Assembly (NCBI GenBank): GCA_905178155.1
Contig: CAJINV010000001.1
Span: 1,305,767-1,369,766, forward strand
DNA: 64,000 bases
Direction of reading: 5' to 3'
DNA from: Amoebophrya sp. A120
Lineage: Eukaryota > Protista > Dinoflagellata
How positions within the stretch are numbered: the first letter of the stretch is position 1; every line of letters begins with the position of its first letter. Positions 11,201 through 21,601 of the stretch are shown here, piece after piece. Made by a program: the position numbers and the translations under genes. The notes beneath the pieces were generated by a model. It saw only the letters and a program-made list of their open reading frames with translations. It was not told the DNA's origin and made no database searches.

Positions 11201-14200
11201 ACAAATCCAGCATCTTGGCTCAAGACTTCTTGTCTTGTGGCCCATTTCCCACAATTAGAGGCGGGGCCGCCACCCCCGCGTGATCATCTTGTTTCAGGAG
11301 CTCATCGTGAGTTCCAAAGATCCGTAGCGGCTCTACATAACAGGCGCCGGGTGCGGCCGGTCAGCCTCTAGATCATCGCTAGCGTAGTTCGATCATTCTG
11401 ATAGTGATAAAAAGGAAAAGTGCTGCGTTCTTTTGTTGCACTCCCTCGGTAGGCACGCGCGTGCGTTGCCGAGCATCTGAGCGGCTCCTGCGTGACGAGT
11501 GTCACCGCCCGTCGTTTCGAGTTGGGCTGTCCTTCTTCTGTCCTCACGAGCCGTCCCTATCGGCGTACCGTTGTGGTTTCCTCGATCGCCACTTAGAGGC
11601 TCTCCGCGATGGTCTTCTTCGTCGGGTGGATAGCGGCGCGCATCGAGTTTATGCGGCCTGGGACTTCCGTGGAACCAGCACGAGCTTCCTGGCTTATGTG
11701 GTCCTGCTGCGGAGTGGGCAGTCGGGGTACCTGTCGCTGGTTGCGGAGGCCATCTCGAAGTCCCCGATAGTGGATGGAGTTCTCCCGCCCATCTCCGAGT
11801 CACGAGGATGCCGCGCCCACCAGCGGATTGCCCTTCGGCGCTGGAGATCAGGGACTTTTATTTACTTACTTATTATTTTTGTCTGTCCTCATCTGCGGCT
11901 CTGTCTATCGTGAATTTGCATAATAAGTAAGTCCACTGTACCTGCGCCAAAAATATACTTCTCCTCATTCGTTTGTCTTTGTGTATCTCGGTTTTTCCTT
12001 TTTGTTGTGTTGTGGTAGTGGATTATTTAGGGCCGCTTCCCTCATGGAAACCTTATTCCTGACCTCAGGCGCGTCGTAACGTCTCCTCTGGAAGCGGCTG
12101 TGCGCGGCTCTTACGTACAAGGTGGAGGCGGTGATGGTGTTGACGGGATGACTACGGAGATGGTTTTCGGATTATCTTCATCAGTTTTTCTTGCCGGGGG
12201 CACCGTGGCTGACCCATCTGTGTCAGTGCGCGGACCACACCATCAGCTGTGATAGCGGCGCCCCATCTGCGGCGTTCGGTGTCCCCCGTGCGCCGGGTCC
12301 TGCGTGGTGCGACGTTCTCGAAGCGGGCGAGCTTTGCGGCACCAAGGTGGTGGCGGTTGTGGTGAGGGCGAGACGCGCCCACTTTGACCATCCCCGAGTG
12401 CGACACCAAGGTGGAGGTCGTAACGTGGAGTGGGTTATCCGTCTCTGGCCACGAGTGGTGGTTTCCAGCGTGATGCGCTGTCTGTCCGACATCGCCCGCA
12501 GTTCTCCGGCACAGTGCTGTTGCGTTAGCAGTTGCTCTTCGAGATTGAAGCTGCGCAGGACGAAGACGAGGCGGAGCAGCTCTGACGGAACTGGGCAGCG
12601 CGCGGCCTTCGCACCAGGAGCGGAAGCCGATTACTCAGCTTTCTTCCCGGGGGCTCCGGGGCTGACCCATTTGTGTCGGTGCGCGGACCAGCCCATCTGC
12701 GTTGAAAGCAGCACCCCATTCGCGGCGTTCTGTGTCCCCTGTGCGCCGGGTCCTTTGCAGCGTGCGTGGCCTTCTTGCTCGGCTCGGCCTGTTTTGGTGT
12801 CGCGTCGGTGGGTGTGCGTCAAGCTGAGTGGAGTGGAGCGAGATGCGCGTTTTGTGCTTGGGGGTTGTTCGACGGGATTCTTTTTGCGCCGAGGATTTCT
12901 AGCTTGTGACACGCCGCGTGTTCCCGCGGACTCTGTTTTGTGCCTGCTCGTGCTCGGAGATGACGTTGCTGTAGCCGCCGGAGATCGCGGCTTTCCATGA
13001 TTTCCTACGATGCCGCTGGTCCTACAAGAGCCCTTTCGCCTTCATCCCAGTGCTGTCGCTGACAGACCTTGGGCTGATAATCCCGTTGCAGGAGGTTCGG
13101 TCCTTGGCGCGTCTTCGCCACCGGCAGGAGTCAGGATGGGTAGGTGGGTCTCCTTGTTATTGCCTGAGCTTGCTCAGGCCTTCGCTGCTTTCGGTGGCTG
13201 GTGGCCGCTCTTGAGTTTCAGGTGTGGGTCGGAGTCCGTTTGCCTCTCGTCAGTTTGGACGGAGTGCTCTCGTTCAGCCACCCCCCGGCGGTCGACTGTC
13301 GGCTATCTGGCTCCCCCAGCTCATGATTGCGGCGTTGGCTGGTGATGACAAGGTTGCGGACAGTTGACTTGTCATCTGTCTGGTTCGCTCACTTTGCTGC
13401 CACGACTGTTTGGTCCCCGGTCCCCTGAGGCGGGGGGATACGGGTTACCTGGTCGGGATGTCGCGCGGTAGGTGTCTCTCACGTCCCTAGCTCTTCGTAC
13501 TCGCCGCTGAGTACAGTCGAGCACCTTGGTTGATCGCCACACTGTTTCATAGTGCTGAAACGACCCGGCTTTCACTAGGGGGAGCATTCGTACATTTTGT
13601 GCCCTCCGGGACTATGCCTCTGCTTCCGTCTAAACTGAGGGGTCCACTTATCCCTCTCGGTATTCGGTCGCAGGGAAGGGTTGCCGGGGTCTCCCTCGCA
13701 TCGGTTCTCGATGTCGGGTGTGAGTTTGTGACTGCGGGGGCAGTGGTTGGCTTAGGTTTGTGGAGTACTTCTGAAAAGAGGCTCCCATTCCTTCTTCCAG
13801 GCAGTGATCCTAGATCGCTGCCACGCGGAGCCACCCCCGTATTTCACCCCCAGGGGGTTGTGGACCTGGCAAAACCGATGAGTTCGGGCTGCTGACTGTT
13901 CCACCTCCCCTAAGTGTGATCATTTCCGCCTCACGCCTCACGCCTCACAAATCCAGCATCAGAAATTCCGTTTTGGTACACGCCTGGTTTCAACTCGGCC
14001 TTGTCCAATTTGTATCCCGCACTGGTATTTGCGTTGGTTGTTTTGGTCATGACGTTTTGCGCATGACATTTCGCGCTACCACTTGTGTGTAGTTCGCGAT
14101 ACCGACGGGTGTCCATGTCGGTTACTCCGTTTTTTGGCCGTTTGCATGCGTCTCCACGTTGGTTTGTCTTGCGAGACTCTCCTTTTCTAGTGGTGGTTTT

Positions 14201-17200
14201 TGAGTTGTACCAGTGTGATAGTGCCAGCTTTAGGGCGTTTTTAGATATAGTGGAATTAGAACTTGTTTTTTGGTAGTACTCCTTTCTATACTTTTTTTGA
14301 TCCCTCGGTGCTAGTGGGCAAATTTGTACGAAGTTATTTCTACTCAGATAACAACACAGCTCACTACGCCGCCTTCCCAGGAGCTGTTGTTGCTATCTTT
14401 CGGTAGAAATCACACCGTCCAAATAATCCTACTAGAGTTTACCGGACTTCATTTTTGGCTCCTGGGATTTGCATGTAGTCGTGTTGCTGAAAATGTTTAT
14501 CAACAGCCGCTGATGGAGAAACATTTTCAACCGCGACCGTCTTGTATAAGAATGTTCATGATTGTGCTACCATTGCTATTGGGCATACTGGTTGCTTTGG
14601 GGCATTTTCATACATGGGCGGCATTTGCTACGTGGTACGGGTGTCCCGTGATTATCGGGTGACCAAGTTCCCGGTGTGCGCGGAGGTATCGCTTGTGGAG
14701 GGCGGAGTTTGTGCAGGCTACCGCACATGCTTTACGACGAGATCATGCACATTGCGCGGCTGTCAATTCGGGAGTTTAGGGTGCCCATCTCCGTCTTCCC
14801 GCTGGGTTCAATCTGAAAATATTCGCAACACCGCACTGCTCTACTCCGACTTACCCTCATTCTATTTCCTCGATTTCTCGGTGCCAGGCCATGCACTTCT
14901 CCGTCTTACATTGCGAACCGGGTCGACGGGTGCACATATTGAAAAATAGAAAGTTGGGATGGCAAGACAAAAAAGGGCAATTTATTATTTATCAAGGGCG
15001 TTCCTACTAGTGCCGCTCGGGCTTAGTCATAGACATAGCGTTACCTCTAATCCTTTATTGGTTTTAAAAAAGTAACCAGGCCTAGTTCGTGATCTCCGGT
15101 GGAGAACTACAGCATGCAATTCCTAAGTTAGTCCCTGGCTCGGTCTGCTAATCCGGGTAAGTAGCAACATCGTCGTGCTTCTCTACTAAATCGCTTACTG
15201 GTGCCTGCCCACTCGGGGAATAATTACATAAACGGCTGCCGCTTGTGGTGGTCAGAGGCGTTCGAGTCTAGTTAGTCCCTAGCTGCGCGCTACTCTTTCA
15301 GTTCGTGCGGGCTCCAGGTGCTGCGATCACCGGCAGGAGCTTAACAACAGCGAGCATAAGGACGTTAGATTTTTGATTGCTTTACATTACAAGACCGGCA
15401 CCTGTGTCGGCCCGCCGAAGTTTCGCGCGCGGGTTCAGCAGTCTTCTTTCTCGCGAAAAAGGTGAGTCTCCTGACCCTTTCGGTCGTCACCACTCCGCCG
15501 GTATTCGTGCTTGCGCGGTACCTCACGATGACGATGACGATGGTTTAAGTTTTTTACGTATAGTCTAAACAGGGACGCCCAGCCCTTAGCCATCCAAAAT
15601 CAGAAATTCCGTTTTGATATGGGGAGGGGGGATTTTTCCTTTCGATACACAACGGACGAGATTCAGGAATTGAAGAATCTCTCCGAGGAGACCGTATCAA
15701 ATGCAAATATGTCTGGGTCTGGAAACTTGTGATGCTGAACTGTGCACGACTGAAATAGTTCCCAAGGCAGCCAAGCGTGACAAGTTTGCCGAACACTTTG
15801 TTTGCCATGCGCAATCCGCATGACAAGCTGCGCTTTTATGTGACAAAAGAGGGCGTTTCTTTGTTGGTCATGCAATACAGATCTTACAGGAATGTAGGAT
15901 TAGGATTACAAGTTCCATTTTTCCCGACCCAGACATTTTTGCAATGCATAGACCGACATCAAAGACCGCTTGATCCAGTCCCTGGCACCCTCCATCCACG
16001 GGGAGCCCCACATCAAAACCGCCGTCGCGCTTGCCATGTTCGGTGCGGTGTCGAAAATTGCGCCGGGGGGACACATATGTGTTGCAAAAGTATCGTACTA
16101 GCATAAATTGCATCACAAATTTTTTCAAACGGAAAAATGGAATTTGTAATGCTGATTCACCTAGAAAGGGGTATTTGTCATGCATGATAGCAATTACTTA
16201 GTACGAGTGCGATACTTTTGCACAGGATAACATAGAATCCGCGGCGATTTGAATATTCTGATTTTGGGCGATCCCGGTAGACTGGGATTTCTTTTTGTTT
16301 TAGAAAAAAAGCCTGCTCATGTGAAGAAACGCGCATTCAAATCAGTAGAAGCTCCTACGACGTCCTGGTTTTGGAGAGGACGTGGTCCCGAAGTACAAAC
16401 AAAGAGTCTTGATGCCACACTTGTTTTAGTTACGACAAAGGTTAGTAATGAGAAGCTACATGCTGTTGACAAGTAAGTACCTACCGTCTTTCGCATATAG
16501 TGGTCGCTTCGAGACCGTTGATTTCATTCACAGGTATGGCGAAGTCGCAATTTTTGAAGTACGTGGAAAAGACGATGCCCCGGGCGGTGTACACCACCGG
16601 CAAGGGTTATGGAAGTGTCAGAATCGAAATTGACAAAATCGGAAAATTTGTGATGCACAAAATCGATGTCAGTTGGAGCCTCAGTGTCCAAGTGGCGCAT
16701 GACAAATTTCGGGAGCACCAAAATCCAGTCTGTCATGCTGCTTGGGCAAAGAAGACTGCTCCAGTCATGCTACTCTCCTGGCAGCGCGTTGTATACCCCT
16801 AAGCAGGCTTACAATCGGTCCCATTTGCCTGCTCCCCAATACAGGCCATCAGTGCCCTAGTACATTTTATGCATCACAAATTATCTCGATTTTGTCGATT
16901 TCGATTCTGACACATCCATAAGGGTGCTTCCGGGGTCGGTTTAACGGCGGCGGTCGGCCGGGATCCGGTCAGCGGCGAGTGGGTGCTGGAGGGCGGGGCG
17001 ATGGTGTTGGCGGACCAGGGTATCTGCCTGATATGCAATGTAAATTTCCCGTACATGTACAAAATGCATGACAAATTTCGCTCACTTGTAGTGTCCAACT
17101 TGTCATGCTAGACTAGGATTGAAGGCAAGTTTTGTTATGCAGAGACTGCATTTGTACACGTACGGCAAATTTACTGTGGATACCTGATTGACGAGTTCGA

Positions 17201-19716
17201 CAAGATGAACGATCAGGACCGTACCTCCATCCACGAAGCGATGTATGCATTGCAAAAGTATCGTACTAAGTAGAAATTGCATGACAAATTTTTGTAGAAG
17301 GAAAAATGCAGTTTGTCATGCTGTTTTACCTTCGGAAGAAGATGATTTGTCATGCATATTTGCAATTAATACGAGTGCGATACTTTTGCACAGGATATAA
17401 TGGAGCAGCAGACCATTTCCATCGCGAAGGCCGGCATCTGCGCGTCGCTGCAGGCCCGGTGCTATGAATTGCAAAAATGTCTGGGTCTGGAAGATCCTGA
17501 AACTTGTCATGCACGTTTTGCGTGAGGCGTGACGTCAGTGATGCATGCCCCAGCATCACAGATTTCGCGAGGGCTTCTTGATGCCTAGTCCACATGACAA
17601 ATGCCCTCTCCGCATAGCAAAAATTACGTTCCCTTTGCGGCTCATGCAATACAGATTTTTTTGGAATCCAAACGCAGCATCACAAGTTGCATTCTTCCAG
17701 ACCCAGACATATTTGCAATCCATAGGTGCTCCGTGATTGCGGCGGCAAACCCCCGGCAGGGCCGGTACGATCCGCAGCTGAACTTCGCCCAGAACGTGGA
17801 CTTGACGGACCCCATCTTGTCGCGATTCGACGTCCTTTGCGTTTTGAAGGACGTTCCGGACACCGGCCGTGACGTGGCGCTGGCGGATTTCGTGATCTGC
17901 AGTCACATATGAAATGCAAATATCCCTGGATGTCTGGAAACCTGTAATGCTGAATGGTCATGAGTGACAGTACGCCTCTAAGTGCAGTATTGCATGACAA
18001 ATTTTTCAAACGCTTTCTCATGCTTAGTGCGCATTACAAACTGCGGTTTTTCATGACGAAAGCGAAACAGTATGGTGCTTTTGTTGCTTTTACGCAAGAA
18101 TACAGATTTTTCTGGAGTTGTCCTGGCCAGGCAATACAAGTTCAACCTTTATAATTCCAGACCCAGACATATTTGCAGCTGATATCCCATCCGCTCACAC
18201 CCGGACTGCGACGAGCAGACCAAGAAAAATTTGAAATCGAAGGGCAGCGGATTCCGCTCCACGATCGAACCCTTGGAACAAAACAAGCTGCGAAACTACA
18301 TCATGTACGCCCGGCAGAACGTCAAGCCCACGGTGTCAGATTTGGACCGCGACAAACTGGCAAGGTTTTACCAGGAAATCCGACGAGAAGCCGCCGGGAA
18401 CAACGCCAACGGCACTGTCATGACGGTAATACTTCATTTTTGTCCGGGTAGTTTCTTTACGTTAGTGCCTTGCATGACTGAGTGCCGGCGCCACTCTTGG
18501 CAAAGGAAAAAAAAACAGCTTCGTTCGTTTTTCAACTTTGAGAACGTTGCCACGTGCGGTCGCTGCACACAAAATGAGTGCCTACACAAGTAAAGTGCGC
18601 TTGCGCACATACAAGTATAGTAAATACCAAGAAAAATAAAAATGTTGAAAATCAGGTCCGTCACGTGGAGAGTATGGTCCGGATGGCGGAGGCTTTCGCG
18701 AAGATGGAGCTGCTATCAACTGTAAAAATGTCTGGGTCTGGAAGATTCTGAGATTTGTCATGCATATTTCGGATCACGCAAATGGCGTCTGATGCAGGCA
18801 AAAGCATCACAGGTTTTGAGCAAGCTTCATGATGCCTGTCCCGCATGAGAAACTTCCTACTTGCGTGCCAAGAAATGGACAGCTTTTGGCGCTCATGCAA
18901 CACAAGTTTTTGTGTGTTCCAGAGTTTGCATCACAAGTCCCAACCCTTCCAGACCCAGACATTTTTACATTTGATAGCTGCGACACCAGGTGAACAAACG
19001 GGATGTGGATAACGCCATCGCGACGATGCTGGAGTCCTTCTGTCAAACGCAAAAACACGCCTACGCACAGGAGCTGCGTAAAAAGTTCGGGCACTATATT
19101 GTCCAGGTATAGATATGAGGGCGGCTCGTTTTCGATTTCATCCAGAAAACATTACAATGTTATGTAATACTCCGGAATAATGTCAGATCAACATACATGC
19201 TCAACAAAGAAGCGCAAACAAAATTGTGCTTCAAGAATCAACACTATTCTATGCAGGTGCAAGACCACCATCAACAGCTGAACGGATTGCTTTCCCGGCA
19301 GCTCACGCGCGCCGAGCTGCTCATTAAAGACGAGCAGACAAGAGTGGCGCACGTACTTACTTAGTTTCTGTCAACATTTCTTGCGGTTGGGCTATAATTT
19401 TCTTGCATGGCAACGCAGAAAGTGAAAAACTTGAAACATTGATTGCGGCCTAAATGCAACAGCTCAGAATGAATGCGTTTATTTACTCTCCGCGGATAAA
19501 ACACTTCCCCAAACTCAGGTGAAAGAAGCAGACTTCGTGAAGGAAGCCAAGCTCTACCTGCTGCAGGATTCGGTCAAGGATTACCTGAAGAGCGATCTTT
19601 TCCGAGAATCTTTTGTCATCGACGAGGACCTAGGCGGAATTCGGCGCATGACCGAAGAAGAGCGCTACCAGCAGGACGACTTTTCTCTGCCGGCCTTCAT
19701 CACGCCAAACCGATGA
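8202..19716 (+). CDS. MCM2: DNA replication licensing factor MCM2 (multi-exon; 5' exons uncertain)
   Basis: Spliced translation gives MCM2-type motifs: zinc finger [61 protein letters not shown], Walker [32 protein letters not shown], Walker [34 protein letters not shown], arginine finger [23 protein letters not shown]. Stop TGA ends at 19716; the 8202 start is tentative. Confidence 0.95.
11215..13945 (+). mobile_element. Nested insertion 1, probable retroposed sequence
   Basis: 15-bp TSD CACAAATCCAGCATC (11200-11214, 13946-13960); starts TTGGCTCAAG; ends in (CGCCTCA)n repeats; no recognisable protein. Confidence 0.7.
12196..12754. repeat. Diverged ~105-bp direct repeat pair (about 12196-12301 and 12649-12754)
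   Basis: Both copies read GGCTGACCCAT.TGTGTC.GTGCGCGGACCA...GCGGCGTTC.GTGTCCCC.GTGCGCCGGGTCCT. Confidence 0.8.
13976..15598. mobile_element. Nested insertion 2, unclassified
   Basis: 18-bp TSD ATCAGAAATTCCGTTTTG (13958-13975, 15599-15616); only short unrecognisable ORFs. Confidence 0.68.
15695..15950. mobile_element. Introner family A
   Basis: Family A TIRs; TSD GACCG. Confidence 0.9.
16076..16229. mobile_element. Introner family E
   Basis: Family E ends; TSD ACACA/ACATA; removal gives GGH|RIRGD. Confidence 0.88.
16608..16920. mobile_element. Introner family G
   Basis: TATGGAAGTGTCAGAATCGAAAT...ATTTCGATTCTGACACATCCATA; TSD AGGGT; removal gives TTGKG|ASGVG. Confidence 0.92.
17032..17182. 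mobile_element. Introner family H
   Basis: TATGCAATGTAAATTT...AAATTTACTGTGGATA; TSD CCTGA; splits Walker B CL|IDEFD. Confidence 0.9.
17244..17397. mobile_element. Introner family E
   Basis: Family E ends; decayed TSD CGATG/TAATG; removal gives HEAM|EQQT. Confidence 0.88.
17463..17724. mobile_element. Introner family A
   Basis: Family A TIRs; TSD GGTGC. Confidence 0.92.
17908..18184. mobile_element. Introner family A (variant)
   Basis: Family A-like TIRs; TSD TCACA/TCCCA. Confidence 0.88.
18714..18976. mobile_element. Introner family A
   Basis: Family A TIRs; TSD GCTGC. Confidence 0.92.
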
Positions 19717-21601
19717 AGAGAGGCGAGCGCCAAACCGACGAAGGTTGTAGGCGTGCTAACCAGCAGCTCTTTTTCGCATTTGCTACAGGAATAATCGACC
19801 TGCAACGTCGCTAAAGGGCGATCATAACATCGAAGTATTTTAGTTTTAACGCTACAACCATTTTTTATCACAAGTAATCGCAAGAGCTCCGAGCTCTGCT
19901 TCTGCTCTTGCAGAAGTTGAACTCGTTGCTGGTATAATGTCTAGATTGATAAATTGACACTTAGACGACCTATTTCAGGTTTGTTTTAGCATACTAATCC
20001 AATAGTAGTGGAACAGGGCCAAAGTTGCCCTGATCGAAGGTGTTTAGAACCCCACAGTAAGTTCAAAATGGGCGCAGGAAGTATTAGAGGTGGGGAGACC
20101 AAAAGTGTCTCTTCGTCTAGAGGTGGGGGGTTTGATTTTCATTTATGGTAGGAACCTACTATACCAATCTGGACACCACAGCAAGGAAACATTCGATCGA
20201 ATTTGGACTGTTTTTTTGTAAGATTTTCACGATATTTTTTTGGCAAAATCAAAAAAGACGGTCCGAAAAGGCCGATGGCGTCTGAGTGCGTCAACCGCTA
20301 TGTGCACCGGGACGAATGGATTTTGTTGTCTAGAACGCCTTCCTCCGTCTAACTACAATCTTGCGCGTTTCGTTTTTTTTTCGGTTCGATACCAGAGTGA
20401 GGATGAAGTCGGAAACCTCGTGCTCGAATTTGTTTGTAGTTTCGCGAGAACAAGGAGGGTTGAGGGTGAGGCGACTTTTACGAGTGTTACTTGACCATAC
20501 CGCTGCCGAGACGACCATAGTTGTTGTCCGTAGAAAGCCAAACTGCCTTTCTTTCGTTCGTGCTGCCAAAGAGTGTGAGGCTCTTTCCGTGGTGAGCTGT
20601 GTGTCTGATCGAAGCAAAGTGTAGTCGCTGGTTGGGTTCTGCAAATGGTTTTTCCATACATAATTTTTTCAATAGCAGGCCGAGGAGAGGACAAAGGAAT
20701 TTCCATTTATCAGACCAGCTCAGGGAGGAGCGCATGCTCCCTCTGGTAACCGTAAGGAAAATGTTCTGGTAGACGAGGCAGAAGTTACTGTACTTGCACT
20801 CTCCCAGGACAACGAACGTACGACGAAATTAATAAGGGAATAACGCCGTCGGGCAGCTCTCATCTTTCACTGCGCCACAAGCACTTCGCGCTCCAGAGAG
20901 CAAGACCTGTTTAAGCGGTGGTCGTGTCCAGCAACTAGTTACGCAGCAGTCCTCGTTGCAAGCGCTTGTTGCTTCGTGCCGGGGTTGTTTCTGGTACAAC
21001 AACACGCAGGGAGCTACAGGTACACCTTTATTGTGCAGCGTGAGAACGTCGAGTGTCTCGCGAAGCGCGGAGGCATTTGAACTGCCGCGCTCTGATTCTT
21101 GTCGCGGGTGTACTACTAGTACCAGAATCGAAGCGAGAAGAACACCACTACGCGCAAGAGTGCGACGTAACACGCTCGGAAGAGAACAAGAATCTTCGGA
21201 GCACCTTTGTTCGCTTCTGACCAAAGGTGGCGCGGACGGCCGAAAACAAGAAGAATTTTGTTGAACAAGATCACGCTTTCTTTTCCCGCACAAAGCAGAG
21301 GCCGACCTTCCCAGAGGACCAATCTGTAGTCGCCAGCAATCCGTCGTGCGTCGACGCCGCCGGAATAGGCCAGCAAAAGTTTTCTCAGTCAACACACAGA
21401 GTAGAAGCAGAAGCCCAGCACCAGAGGAAGTACAGTAAATAATCTTCCCACATAGTAAGTTGAGATCCAGATCTTCCTAAAGAGGGGACCGCTGCAGGAC
21501 CGACGGTCAGACGATCTATTTCTTGAGACGCAGCAGGCCCACCAAGACATCCACCACGCGACAACACCTAGAAAACCTGCAAAAAGACTACAGCAGTGAA
21601 G

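Larger units (their letters stand above)
11103..15647. mobile_element. Family D introner expanded to 4545 bp by nested insertions, inside an MCM2 exon
   Basis: TIR TATCAAAAGCAAAAATCCCCCCTCCCCATATC / GATATGGGGAGGGGGGATTTTTCCTTTCGATA; TSD CACAA; removal gives in-frame ..MLALT|TDEIQEL.. Confidence 0.9.

Noticed and set aside
11393-12150. Possible decayed LINE endonuclease on the minus strand ([17 protein letters not shown])
   Set aside because: Only vague resemblance, broken by stops, and opposite to the orientation implied by the SL fragment; needs a profile HMM search.
11103-15647. Autonomous transposase-encoding parent of the introners
   Set aside because: The extra length is explained by two nested insertions with their own TSDs; no DDE transposase ORF is visible.
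20240-21500. Short ORFs between MCM2 and GAS8
   Set aside because: No recognisable domain or consistent exon chain.
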